Origin: Takakia lepidozioides | Lineage: Eukaryota; Plantae; Bryophyta | Reading direction: 5' to 3' | DNA length: 64,000 bases | Assembly: GCA_030704615.1 (NCBI GenBank) | Contig: CM060731.1 | Location: 59,334,001 to 59,398,000 of the forward strand | Part shown: one piece after another, positions 51,771 through 64,000 of the stretch | Numbering within the stretch: position 1 is the stretch's first letter | How the letters are laid out: the number at the start of each line of letters is the position of its first letter | Notes under the pieces: model-generated | The model's input: only the letters and a program-made list of their open reading frames with translations | Told to the model about the DNA's origin: nothing | Databases searched by the model: none | Translations under genes and position numbers: made by a program

Positions 51771-52557
51771 TAAACCTCATGTGTGGAGTGTCTGTTGTGT
51801 GTGTTCCGTTCTATTATTTTCAGGGCTAGCGTTCATCCAAATAGGGCACAGACTATGAATCATCCATGACAAATGGGCACATGCCTGACTATAGGGTTGC
51901 AGTCATAAATGCTAACACTTGTACATGGCCCAAATCTCTCTCTCCTCCAAAAGATGAGGCCACATCCATCCCGTGAAAGATACACATGGTGTATTTCATG
52001 CCCCACCCCCCCCCCCCCCCCAAAAGAGCCAATAGAGAAAATAAGAAAGACTCCCCCCTTACAGGTGCAAACCAATGTTGGGCGGGTATATGAATTACCC
52101 TGATATACCCGCCGGGTATATCAGCGTATATTGATATATATATACCCTGGTGTGGCAAGTTTAGGTACCCGGATGTATACCCTTATATCAGGGTATATTT
52201 TTATGATATACCCTTATCCTTATAATTACCTTACCCTGCATCAAGACGCTCAATATACCCTACTTTCCTGAAGGGTAAATCTAATCAGGGTATATAAGGG
52301 CCTTTATGTGCCTTCATAGCCTTTATGTGCTAGGTCTTTTCTCTTTTTGTTGTGTTGTTAGGGAGCCTTGAGCTATAAGAAAACTACAATCAGAGCTAAA
52401 ACAAATGTTACATATATATCATTCCTTGAATGTTCTATAACTCAAACAATACCTCTTCAGATCTCGCATATATATATATATATATAAAAGAAAACCTGAC
52501 ATCCCACAATTTAGGTCCTTGAGGGGTTTTTATTTATTTATTTATTTAAGGAAATCT

Positions 52558-53612
52558 GGGAGCGACAGCCCACAATTCAGGCCCTTGAGGAGGGGGAAAG
52601 ATTAAACCCCTTTCTTTTATGGGCCATGAGACCTACACGACGATCAACGCCCAAACATACCGTCACACGAACAATCCCACATAGGGGCAGGGCAGCGGGT
52701 TCGAACCAGTGTTGGGCGGTTACCCGCCGGGACCCAGGTTAACCGCCGGTTCAGGTTCAGGTCAGGTTAACCGGACCGGAACCAGGCCCATTTCTCACCT
52801 AACCCAGAACTAAAACCTGCCAATGGGGATCTGCGCAGAACCGAACCGGCGGTTCCTGCTGGGTGTGGGAACCGGAGAACCGAGGCGCATGGGGATAAAA
52901 ACAAGTTCCGGTTCTTGAACCCTTGGTGGGCCTTGGCATAACATGGCATAACCTGGGGAGAGCTGATGGCCCCATGACAAAACTTCGTTAATGCTCTCAA
53001 GCTCCATGAGATCCTGGTAAGGCCACGAGATTCTATGTTCAATGCTTCAGCGCCATGAGATCTTGGGTTCAATCTCCAGGATATCATGGCTAAGTTCATT
53101 AATCAAAATGTTAGAAGATGTCAATACCTGCCACATAGCTGAATAGTAATTTCAACCCATAAAATTTTATCCATTTTCTTCTACCAGTTTATTTTGTTTT
53201 TTTGTTTTTTTTTTTGGTGTTAGTGAAAACTAATAAAATCGTTGGATTTTAGTTCAAATATGTGAATACACTGCTATTTAATCTCCCGGACCGATAAAAT
53301 ATTTTAAATGTAATTAAATTGAACCAATATATTTTTAAAATAGAACCGGAACCTAACCTGGAACCGGTGGTTTTTATCAGCAACTAACCGGTAACCGGAA
53401 CCGCCCCCATGTTTAAAAGTTGGATCCGGAACCGGACCGGAACCGGCTCAATAAAAAAAAAACCGGAACCGGATCCGAAACCGTCTCTTGAAATAATTGT
53501 GGAACCGGAACCGAAGGTTTCTTCACAAATGCAAGAACCGCCCAACACTGGTTCGAACCCCGAACCACCTGAGTGACACACACTATACACTTACCAGCTG
53601 AGCTACCACCCG
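52558..53612 (-). mobile_element. tRNA-derived SINE interrupted by a hAT MITE
   Basis: Head GGGTGGTAGCTCAGCTGGTAAG...GGGGTTCGAACCC once the MITE is removed; tail GGGCCTGAATTGTGGGCTGTCGCTCCC. Confidence 0.75.
52707..53550. mobile_element. hAT-type MITE (inverted sister of 5626-6444)
   Basis: TIR CAGTGTTGGGCGGTT; perfect 8-bp TSD GTTCGAAC (52699-52706, 53551-53558). Confidence 0.93.
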
Positions 53613-55296
53613 ATGTGCTTTTTTTTTAATCTCAAACCTCCTCCATCTTGCATTGGAAATTGACACCAAAATATTATGCAATATCTTATCAATTTTCTCT
53701 TTTACCATAGATTGTTTTTTTTCTTTTTTGTGTTTTGTACATATTGAAGAACATGTGTGAGCCAACGTCCGGGGAGAACCGGCAGCCATTTACATGCTAG
53801 CCGACTGAATTCCAGAATTTCCGAATGAAATATGAAACCTCAGGAAATGGATCCGAGGGAAAAAATGGCCGAAGTGGAAATCAACCGGGTGCCCTACTTT
53901 TAGGAAGGATATTTGCCTTTCCATTTCATTACAGACAGGAAATCTGCCTTAGTTGGCAAGGCCTGGACGGATTCCGGCCCTTCTTATACTACAAAAAATG
54001 GAAATGGCCGTCGAAGTCCACCACATGGCAAAAATCCAACGTGCCAGGCCAGGTTACATCCAAGGAAGGGCGTTTAGGTGAAAAAATATTGAACTCAAAG
54101 AGGGCGGGCCCGCGGGCAAACCCTACTAAGTCTGGACGTTGCTCTCGCAGCCCCAGACCCACGCCTGCTTGCACTCGCTGCCTGCTATCACAGCTCACCT
54201 GTCCACGCGGGTTCAATTCTTGGCCTCCATGTGGTTTGAAGGCATTGACAGGTCCAACTTCTATAAGGATACAATGTTCTTCGCTTGTTTGAATTGCTTA
54301 AAACTGGTTGTGATTATTTATTATTATTATTATTTACTTATTGTTGTGCATTTGACACTTGTGTTGTCAACCGGTTGATATTTATAAGGGCCGGATTTAT
54401 AGCTGAACACAAAATAAATCATTAGGAATATTACCGGTTGTAAAGAAATTATCTCGGAAATTGACCGGGTATAGTTACCACTAAGGGGCAGCAAGCGACT
54501 GCCCAACCCACTTAGCCGATTGCTGCTGGGAATGAGCGGCTACTGGCTGGTTCAACTGAAATTATTTCCCGGACGCTGGTGTGAGTAGTCGCTCCCAGGT
54601 TTCCATTTTGAAAAAAAAAGAAAAAAGAAAAAAGAAGAAGAAAAAAAAAACATCATATATTCTTTAAAACCATTAAATTATATATTAATGGAAATAACTA
54701 TCCATACCCGGAAACTATTCATACCTCAGGGTATATTTTGGCATATATATCCATACCCGGGGTTATACAAAAATCTGAAAAGTTAATTTACCCATACCCG
54801 GAGGGTAAATAAATTTTTGAGATTTCAATTTATCCATACCTGGAGGAGGGTAAATGATTTGTATACACCAGGCACAGGTCTATGCCTACATCCATGACGA
54901 AGTGAAGTCCGGTTCTTTTCAATTGATCCCAAAGCAATTTCACGTTCTTGGAGAATCTATCAGTCTCTGAGTCTTGTCCATTTTCCCCTTCCGACACGGA
55001 CAACTCACATTAGAGAGAGAGAAGGGTCAATGGCCACAAGGCTATGGCAAACAACGTCTTATGAGTACATTTCTCTCTCTCACCTAAAGCCCTGGCACGG
55101 TTGGCGTCTAACTTCGGGGCTGCTCACACACAGCAGATTGATGCTTGTGTGAAGGGCTTGCTGGAGGATCTCTGGAGTGTATCAAGGCAAGTCATACTAC
55201 CGGAGTGAGCCCCTCACAAAGGTAGTTTCTGGTCCCTATTGTTCTGGGCGCAGGGTCTATGGCCACAAGGCTACGGCAAACAAAGTCCTATGAGTA

Positions 55297-55338
<42 letters not shown>

Positions 55339-56571
55339 GTTTGTGCCCAAACTGGGCACGTGGTCTGTGGACACAAGGCTACGGCAAACGTCTTACGAGT
55401 ACATTCTCTCCGAGGCCTTGACTCTTAGTCATCCCTTGAGCAATAGTTGCTTTTGGGCTCCTTGCAGAGGGCCCCTATCTACTTCTTGTTTCATTCTCTC
55501 TTGTCCAAAAAGCTCTATGAGCTTTCTGTGGACGTTATAAAGTATCGCTTCATTTCATTTCCTTCTCCACGAGCTTGTAGAGTCAACGTCACATCTTTGG
55601 CAAACTGGGAGATACAACCTCAGTGCTGAAATCAATATTATGTGTTCTGGCATGATTTTTCTACCACTCAAGACATCCAATACTCGATTTCCTTTGACCG
55701 GATTATACTTCGCTGTGCGCCAGCCTGCGGGAGTTGGAACATTGCTCCCGTATGCAATGGTTTACACTGTGACTAGCAGGGGCCGGGAAACGCAGGGACA
55801 CAACCATTCCATTAAATGCATGGTTGCATATGGGATATTATTGACTGTTATAGCCCCTGATTGTCAGTCAAATCAGACACAACCCTAAGTTGCTAGCAAG
55901 AACTGACACTTTCATTTACTGGGCGTATACCTGTTCAAGAAGCCAAAATATTATGCCATGGAAATCAATAATTCCAAGGTAATGGTCCATCCAGCCAGCA
56001 TCTGCAGGCGCAATCAGATCACACAGGGGGGCACTCCACGTGCTGTTGTGACCCAGAAGCTGGATAGTCTCTACAAGGCTTGCATTTGCATCTTTTTCAG
56101 TATCTGTACAGTCCCACAACATTAGGTTAGTAATCACACCTGGACGGTTCGTAATTGTAACATATTTAAGACAGGTCTACAGTTTGTTGATCATTTCAGT
56201 TGTATCCACCTGTGTCGACACCTTTGGTACATCTTACAAATGCATATGAGATAGAGGTAGATTGAGATAGATATAATTAAATGAAATTAGAAATGAAGCA
56301 ATTTGACATTACTGCAAACTGCCATGCTAGGGGACCAGGATGCAGGAGAACCTGAAAAAAGCTTCTAGACACGTCCGCAACTACTCATATTACACACTCA
56401 TCAAAGACATCGAACCCAGAGAAAACATGACATATCCTCTTTTTTAGTTCAATTATCATTGAGCACGGTTTCGACAACAAACTATCAACTACAAACCAAG
56501 CCACATGCACACAATGCCTGCTATGTGAGAGGATTAATGGTGACGACGTTAGCTGACCAAGGTCAGATTCC

Positions 56572-58110
56572 TTTTTTTTTTTGTTTTTTAATTTTTTTAA
56601 CAGGGGACTTTGCCCTGGAAGCTTTATTTATGTTTATTTTTGGTGGGGAAAAAAGTAAAACCCCTAAAAGTACCATGAAGGCACACACCTTAGACAGTGA
56701 AGGACGAACCGACCTCCTATTGGAGAATTCCAATAAATAGGGCATTATGCCTAATGTAGTGCTGAGTGGTTTTTTGAGTATCTCACCCAGGGAGCTTCTA
56801 GCAAGCAGCAGTCTAAGAGCAGGTGTAGGTTTTGCCAGCAGAGGTAGAGTCCTAGCGAAGAACTTGATGATGACTACTACTCTACTGCTATCGATCTGCT
56901 CTTGGAATGTCAACGGAACTTGAGTCTCGTAGCTGACTTGATGTGGCCCCAGTTAATGTCTCTGTGTGGATGGGTGCCCTGAGCCCCCTCCAGGCGACTG
57001 GTGGGCTAGCAGCCCGGTTGCATTCGCTTGGTGAAGTGGTAGTGCAGATGTGCCCTTGCCTGCCCTAGGACAATCTGAAGTCTGCATACAGGTTGGCTAC
57101 TTGTTGAGGGTGTTTGTCCATTTCTGCACACAATTTCACCCATGCCTTTCTAGCATCAATCTGCAAATCCCAGAATATGCGAGATAATATTGCGGATAGT
57201 GACAGAGTTTCACCAGAGAGTGACCAGGAGCAACGTACTCTCCATAGTTGCCATAGTATAGAAACCCGGAGGCTTTCAAAGACTAGGCAATCAATGGATT
57301 TCTATTTGGAGGAGGTGTCATAGTTTAAAAGTAATCTGAGTGGCATCTGTGGTTGGATATCCCAGATGGTGTAAAAAGCTTTTATGATTCTCCATATTGA
57401 TTCTGGGCCCTGGCATGAGAGGAGGCAATGTTCTAAAGATTCTAGCACTCTTGTGGAGCAGCATGAGCATAAAAGAGCGTCCTGGAATTGAAGCCATTCT
57501 CCCACCTTGAGCACTCTATTCGCAATTTGCCATAGGAATGTAGAAGTTTTTGCAAATTTGGTCTTGCTCCATATGTTGCTCCAAATTGTTTTCCAGTTTT
57601 CATTGGCAAAGCCATAGTCCTGCCATTTAACATTCCACTTGGAGTGGAGAGGGTTAAGTTTGGCCCGTGTTTTGCGGGCTTTTTTTGCTGAGTAGTTGAA
57701 GAAGGGGACTTGGGATCGGCCAAAGGACCATGTCCACTCCTTAGGGTCAAATTGCAGGTCTGCCAACGGCCTTCCTAAAATCCAGATAAAGTTGTTTGCT
57801 GCAAGCCAGATGTGTAGAGGTAAGGTGGGATCAAGTTGAGGGTTCATATCTTTTGTCGGGTACGACCAGCAGCATATCCTAACCAGGGTATGTGGAAAGA
57901 TGGGGTAATCAATGGGTTGCTCACGATTCAGAGACAAAGCCATAGAAACAGGGTCAATATTGAAGGGAAATCTTGTCAGGGTATGATCGGATTTGTGTAG
58001 AACGAAAAGAACAGTTAGCTTATTGTGGCTGATCCCAAGAGTCCAGTAAAGGGATTGGGGATTTGAAGGACCAGTCTGGAGATTCGAGAGCCAAGAGATT
58101 TTGATTCTGG
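56572..58110 (-). mobile_element. 5'-truncated LINE (L1/Tx1-like ORF2 C-terminus with zf-RVT)
   Basis: WKTIWSNIW...STFLWQIANRVL...CSCC...ESLEHCLLSC; T-rich tail at 56572; TSD AGATTCC(T) at 56565 and 58111; absent from copy A (about 1672-1680). Confidence 0.9.
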
Positions 58111-58500
58111 AGATTCCTATTACTGTCAATCAAGGTCCTGGCTAAGGCACTCAAATAGATTAAGAATGAAACAGCTCTAGCATTTGGACAGAGAACATAC
58201 AGAATGGTTGAGGCCACGGGAGATCGCCCAGGATTGCTCAAATGATGGAGATGGGGAAAAGATCACATTTTGACTTGATCAGAGTTGAGATGTTGGCCAG
58301 CAGGTAGTGATCCTGGCAATGCTAGAGCCTTGCTCGATGCGACTCCGCATTGCCTTTCCAACGTTATCAGCCCACGAAAATGGCCGCATCAATCCTTGCA
58401 ACACAACTACTCTCCAATTTGAACCCTGAACCTCTTTTCTTAACCAACCTGTGTAGGCATGCATAACATGTATGCCATGCTACATAACATGCCATGGTGG

Positions 58501-58774
58501 CAGTGTTTTTTTTTTTGCGAAAAATCGCCAAATGTCGACCTCAAAACGTTAAAATGGAATATTCTGTCGTAAATTCCCTGATTTTTCATGGATGAAATCG
58601 CCAAACTTCTACAAGGAAAAAAAAAAAGGATGAATTCGCCAAATGTGGATGATATAAATGGATGCAAGTACATATGAGAATGATTCTATCCAAATTTTCA
58701 ATGGATGAACAGAATATATAGCTATTTCCTGTAGCCACTCGTGCTATTTTTCAAATTTAAGAAAAAAATCACTG
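58501..58774. mobile_element. hAT-type MITE
   Basis: Ends CAGTGTTTTTTT / AAAAAAATCACTG; perfect 8-bp TSD CATGGTGG; empty site in copy B near 40793. Confidence 0.9.
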
Positions 58775-60483
58775 CATGGTGGCTTTGAGCATCACGAACC
58801 CTAGAAACCCACACTACTTAAACGCTTGAACCTCCATCACTGCGCACAGAGAGCACTTCCCGATCTTCGGTTAGTCGTTCCTCACCTCCCCTCGGTTCGC
58901 TTCCCACAGGGAGAAGAACAGGGGAGAATGCATCCAAACCACATTTCGTGAATGTATCCTTTTGAGTCCTTTGAGTCCTCGCAATGTCTGTGGAGAGGGT
59001 GAATGATCAGTTCCTGCTCCTCGAATAACCTCTCCACAGACATCGCTAGGACTCAAAGAACTCAACGTTCAGTTATTTTTCCACATATACAGGTCCACAC
59101 AGAAGGCGAATCTAAACTGAGAGGAGCTACCCCGCAAGCGCTAACGAGCTTTCTGCCCTGTCAGCCATGTGATTTCTATGTTCTAGATAGCTTCAGTATT
59201 GTTGTAGCACAGCTCTCCCTCATTTTCATTTCTATTTCACTAGTTCGCCCCTGTTCTCTCTTGAGATGCTTTGGCTCTGTTATATAGAGCCGGTGGCTCC
59301 TGGTGTTCTTAGCTCAGTCCTAGAAGGTTGATAGCTTCTCCTAGCTTTAGTACTCAGCTTTTTTCATAGGCAAGGTTCATAGCTTGCTGTTATATGTGAA
59401 CCTGTTGGCAGTAGTAGCCTACTAAAGTTGGGTCTACCCAATCATTTGTTTTACGACTGCCTCATGGTCTCATGTTATGGTGAATTTTTCCATAACCTCT
59501 ATCGATTGCGTTTTGAAGGACTCTGCCCCTTTCCTGTGAAAAGTAAACAGCATGAATACATTGACCAGTTACTGACCTCCAATTTTCACTGTCACCACTC
59601 CCTCCATTCACCACCTCCTTTTTGACGAGCTGATGGCCCAGACCCATGAGCTCCCGACTGCATTGCTGGACTAAATTCGTTTCAACACATCATAGACGTT
59701 TTATGGATAGAAAAATGTTTGACCACAGGGTCTCTCTCACAATACATCCCTCATGTCTGACAGTGATGTCTTCCATACACTAAAGGTCTAACCTCTTTTA
59801 AGACATGAGATTATCGCCAGGACCTTCCTTAACACTGTGAGTGAACATGCAGAATGCATCAGAATAGGCAAAATCGCATGTACAGTGAATACCCAATATG
59901 GAAGAAGTGCAAGAGAGCGAAAGCAAAAATCAGAATGAGGACAAACTAGGGACAACTAGCCAAACAATGGAATCAGCTATGTGGAAAATTGCTAATTACC
60001 AGTAGGACATCAGATCAAAGATCACACAAAGTGATGGAGGGAGACAACAACTAAGTTTGAACAGTGCTGATCTAGTTGCAGGGATGAAGTAGACCGATAA
60101 ATTGATCAACCAAGTGCTTGCAAATACTGTGCATCTGGTAGAAGCAATAGCAACAAAAAGAATGAATTCATGTAATGGATCTCGACCGAAAATGAAGAGA
60201 ACGAAGACGGACTGTGCGTACAAGTGATAAAGCTAGAACCAGAATGTTGGAAGAAGCTTGCAACCGGAACTGGATCAACCGTTAGGAAGAATAACCACGC
60301 AAGAGATGGGACGATCCGATGACGAGAGATTGAAGAAGCCTAAGGGCGCATAGTTGATGCCTATTATATCAGCGTGATAGGTGATGCCTACTACGCACAG
60401 AGACAGGTGATGCTTAATTCTCACATTTCAGCGGAGTCGATGCGGTGTGATTGGCGGTTTTGCAGTCAACTAGGATGGGGTAG

Positions 60484-63400
60484 AGAGATCAGCGATTTTG
60501 CCGAGAAGCCTCCGCCCCGCACAACGGCTGCAATGTGGGATAATGATTATCGATGTCCAGCGTTTCACAAGCCTAAGCATGCGAAGCGATGCGTTCAGCG
60601 GGAGAGCCTGAGCCTACGCAGGAAAGCCCAAGCCAAGGGAGGGGCCAGCTTGCAAGGTTATCCTTGGCCAAAAAGCCTCATCACCCTGCCCATCGCTTTG
60701 CAATTCCGCTCTGCGTGTATCACAGCGCTCTCAACTCTCAACTCCCCTCTGCGATGAGCCTTCACTTAGCCGCTGCCCTCCAGGCTCACCTGCACACCCA
60801 TTTATGTACTGCCCGTTTACGTACTCTAGGGTTTTACTTGCAATTCAGTCCACAATCATCACACTGCCTTCACAACTTGATAATCACCATTTTCAGTTAC
60901 AGTAAGTGAAGTTGTATTTGTTGTTCGGTTGGGGAGCCCGTTTAGTGCCATGGCATCCGCTAAACTGTTAGTCATGCAACTTCCATGTCACTCCACGTCG
61001 CTCCTTCAACTTCCATGTCACTCCCAATCTCAATTTTAATTTTACTGCACTCGGTTTGAACTTTGGCATTGTGTTGCTGATACACAAAATGTGTGTAACT
61101 GCCACGTGTGTGGGCCCAGCGCAGCCGTGCAGTGATGACTCTGATGAGTGAGACCGACATTGATACTTGTGGCAGGCAATGTACTCGTGTTTATGGCACA
61201 TTTAGGGCGCACCTGCAAAGGCTCCAGGTGGGGGTAAAAGGACGGCACGTGCCGTGGTACATTCCAGGATTTGAGTCTGGCATCACTTAAGTACCTGACA
61301 GTTAATGGTAGCCAGAATTTGAACCCAGAACCACCCAGGTGGATTGCAGTGGCCGGCCAACAAACAAAGTACTTGTCAGGGTGGTGCTTCTGGAGTGTGC
61401 CCCATGTGCCACCTCCGCACCGACTTAACACGCGTCTTTGTCGCTTGGACGATGGGTGTGATGGCAGAGAGACAGCGTGGATGGATGAAATATCAACATC
61501 CATCCATCCACCATCACCATCACTCTGCCCACCGTGTTGTTGACAACCAAGTATCTAACTACATTGCTTTGTGTGTAGAAACACGCGACGGAGATTCCAA
61601 GTGACATTCTTAAAACAGGGGGATTGTAGCCCTGATTAAACTCTTACTTCAAGTTTGGGGGTCTTTTTGTCCAATCCCCTTCCCAAAGCTTAGCGTCCTG
61701 AACTCCTCAGGGCTCCAGGTTCTAGTTCTTAACTTGATGGCTTAGCTTGCCCTTGGGGCTTGGTTAGGGTGTGACCCAATCTTTCAAAAGATGTAAGCCT
61801 TACGGCCTCCTGTCCTGGTTAATTTTTCCAGGACACCCTTTTAAAAAAATTAAAAAAAGAAGAAGAAGAAAGGGAAACACCTGGGAGCGACAACTCACAA
61901 ATCAGGCTCCTTGATAGAGAGAGGAGAAAATAACCTCTCAGTAACCTCGCCGTAAGGCTTTCCGATGCAACACTGCGCAGGACATGAGGTGTTCCGATTC
62001 ATCAGTCAGCCCTGCATAATCACGATGGCGGCAGTAACCTTCTAACCAGTGACATGAAAAAACCTAATTGGGCATTTAGGGTTAGGGTAATTTAAGATTT
62101 AGGGTGTTCCTTTAGGGGTTTTTTTTATAAATTTATTTAAATGTTAGAGAACAGGGGACAGATTAATTTTATTAATAAAGATGAGGAAAAAATAACCTCA
62201 GATACAACCATAAGGATGAGAAAGGGGGCACTGCCCTCTGACATTTAGGGTTCAAGCTTGCAACAGATGAAACATGCCAATAACATTTGATTTTTCTTTT
62301 TTTCGTTTTTTTTTAATGGGAAGGAAGCCCTTTAGATCATTAATAAAGGTACCAACAGTCAGTAGCTGAGTTGGTATAGTGCACTGAGTGCCATCCGGAT
62401 GACACTGGGGTCAAATCCTGCTACTTGACAGGTGTGGTACGCTCTTCTCCCCCTTCCCTGCGCAGTGTCGCAACGAAAAGCCTTACGGCGAGGTTACTGA
62501 GAGGTTATTTTCTCCTCTCTCTATCAAGGGGCCTGATTTGTGAGTTGTCGCTCCCAGGTGTTTCCCTTTCTTCTTCTTTTTTTTTTAATTTTTTTAAAAG
62601 GGTGTCCTGGAAAAATTAACCAGGACAGGGGGCCGTAAGGCTTACATCTTTTGAAAGATTGGGTCACACCCTAACCAAGCCCCAAGGGCAAGCTAAGCCA
62701 TCAAGTTAAGAACTAGAACCTGGAGCCCTGAGGAGTTCAGGACGCTAAGCTTTGGGAAGGGGATTGGACAAAAAGACCCCCAAACTTGAAGTAAGAGTTT
62801 AATCAGGGCTACAATCCCCCTGTTTTAAGAATGTCACTTGGAATCTCCGTTGCGTGTTTCTACACACAAAGCAATGTAGTTAGATACTTGGTTGTCAACA
62901 ACACGGTGGGCAGAGTGATGGTGATGGTGGGTGGATGGATGTTGATATTTCATCCATCCACGCTGTGTCTCTGCCATCACACCCATCGTCCAAGCGACAA
63001 AGACGTGTGTTAAGTCGGTGCGGAGGTGGCACGTGCGGCACACTCCAGAAGCACCACCCTGACAAGTACTTTGTTTGTTGGCCGGCCACTGCAATCCACC
63101 TGGGTGGTTCTGGGTTCAAATTCTGGCTACCATTAACTGTCAGGTACTTAAGTGATTCCGGACTCAAATCCTGGAATGTACCACAGCACATGCCGTCCTT
63201 TTACCCCCACCTGGAGCCTTTGCAGGTGCGCCCTAAATGTGCCATAAACACGAGTACATTGCCTGCCACAAGTATCAATGTCGGTCTCACTCATCAGTGT
63301 CATCACTGCACGGCTGCGCTGGGCCCACACACGTGGCAGTTACACACATATGTATTGTGTACATACAGCAACACACCAAAAGCTGCCAACGTTCAAACCG

Positions 63401-64000
63401 AGAGCAGTAAAATTAGACTTGAGATTGGGAGTGACATGGAAGTTAAGTTGCAAATGCATGACTGGAAATGATAACAGTTTAGCGGATGCCACACTAAACG
63501 GGCTCCCCAACCGAACAACAATTACAACTTCACTTACTGTAACTGAAAATGGTGATTATCAAGTTGTGAAGGCAGTGTGATGATTGTGGACTGAATTGCA
63601 AGTAAAACCCTAGAGTACGTAAACGGGCAGTACATAAATGGGTGTGCAGGAGCCTGGAGGGCAGCGGCTAAGTGAAGGCTCATCGCAGAGGGGAGTTGAG
63701 AGCTGAGAGCGCAGTGATACACGCAGAGCGCACTTGCAAAGCGATGGGCGGGGTGATGAGGAAGCAGCGGCGGCAGAAGCGAAGGAGTGCGATCTGCGAA
63801 TGTTGCATCTTCGGCTTTTTCGCCATGGATCACCTTGCAAGCTGGCCTTCCCCTTGGCTTGGGATTTCCTGCGTAGGCTCCGCTCTGCCGCTGAACGCAT
63901 CGCTTTGCATGCTTAGGCTTGTGAAACACTGTCGATAATCGTTCTCCCACATTGCATCCATTTCGCGGGGCGGAGGCTTCTCAAAAATCGCTGATTTCTC
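60484..64000. repeat. Large inverted repeat: arms 60484-61980 and 62458-64000+, spacer about 480 bp
   Basis: The right arm is the reverse complement of the left; 61610-61870 occurs only in these two arms and is near-identical between them. Confidence 0.92.
62359..62555 (+). mobile_element. tRNA-derived SINE
   Basis: TAGCTGAGTTGG (A box), GGGTCAAATCC (B box), tail TTGTGAGTTGTCGCTCCC; truncated mirror copy at 61883-61980. Confidence 0.72.

Larger units (their letters stand above)
55161..61608 (+). repeat. Segmental duplication unit, copy C
   Basis: Colinear with 271-5455 apart from the LINE and MITE insertions and small deletions. Confidence 0.9.

Noticed and set aside
53551-53612. Functional tRNA genes (also 62359-62425 and 44485-44550)
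   Set aside because: Stems pair poorly and each continues into a shared repeat tail, so these are SINE heads
52073-54872. Larger DNA transposon with TACCC/GGGTA subterminal motifs (similar motifs at 39286-39330)
   Set aside because: Matching TIR pair and TSD could not be defined

Overview
Eukaryotic nuclear DNA from a land plant, probably early-diverging: the PLS-class PPR motifs look moss-like, but the species cannot be fixed from sequence. No intact host gene was found. The flanks hold decayed PLS-PPR genes, OSB (PDF-motif) exon fragments, a roughly 5-kb segment present in 4 copies (two form a large inverted repeat), MITEs, tRNA-derived SINEs and a truncated LINE. The centre (17502-38778) is one pogo/Fot1-type transposon with three related Mutator-like elements nested inside, each bounded by a 9-10 bp target-site duplication. 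The largest (17794-29459) is the main find. It carries a MULE transposase with a SWIM finger and, divergently, a spliced gene fusing a ParB/Srx-like domain to a bacterial-type beta-class N6A/N4C DNA methyltransferase. A predicted intron of that gene holds a 116-bp-period array of 36-bp palindromes. The two sister elements carry their own palindromes with the same CGT(TG/CA)ACG core but different arms, and one keeps diverged remnants of both genes. This suggests a transposon-borne ParB-MTase plus parS-like array module. All copies here are decayed, and domain calls come from reading motifs by eye, not from database searches.
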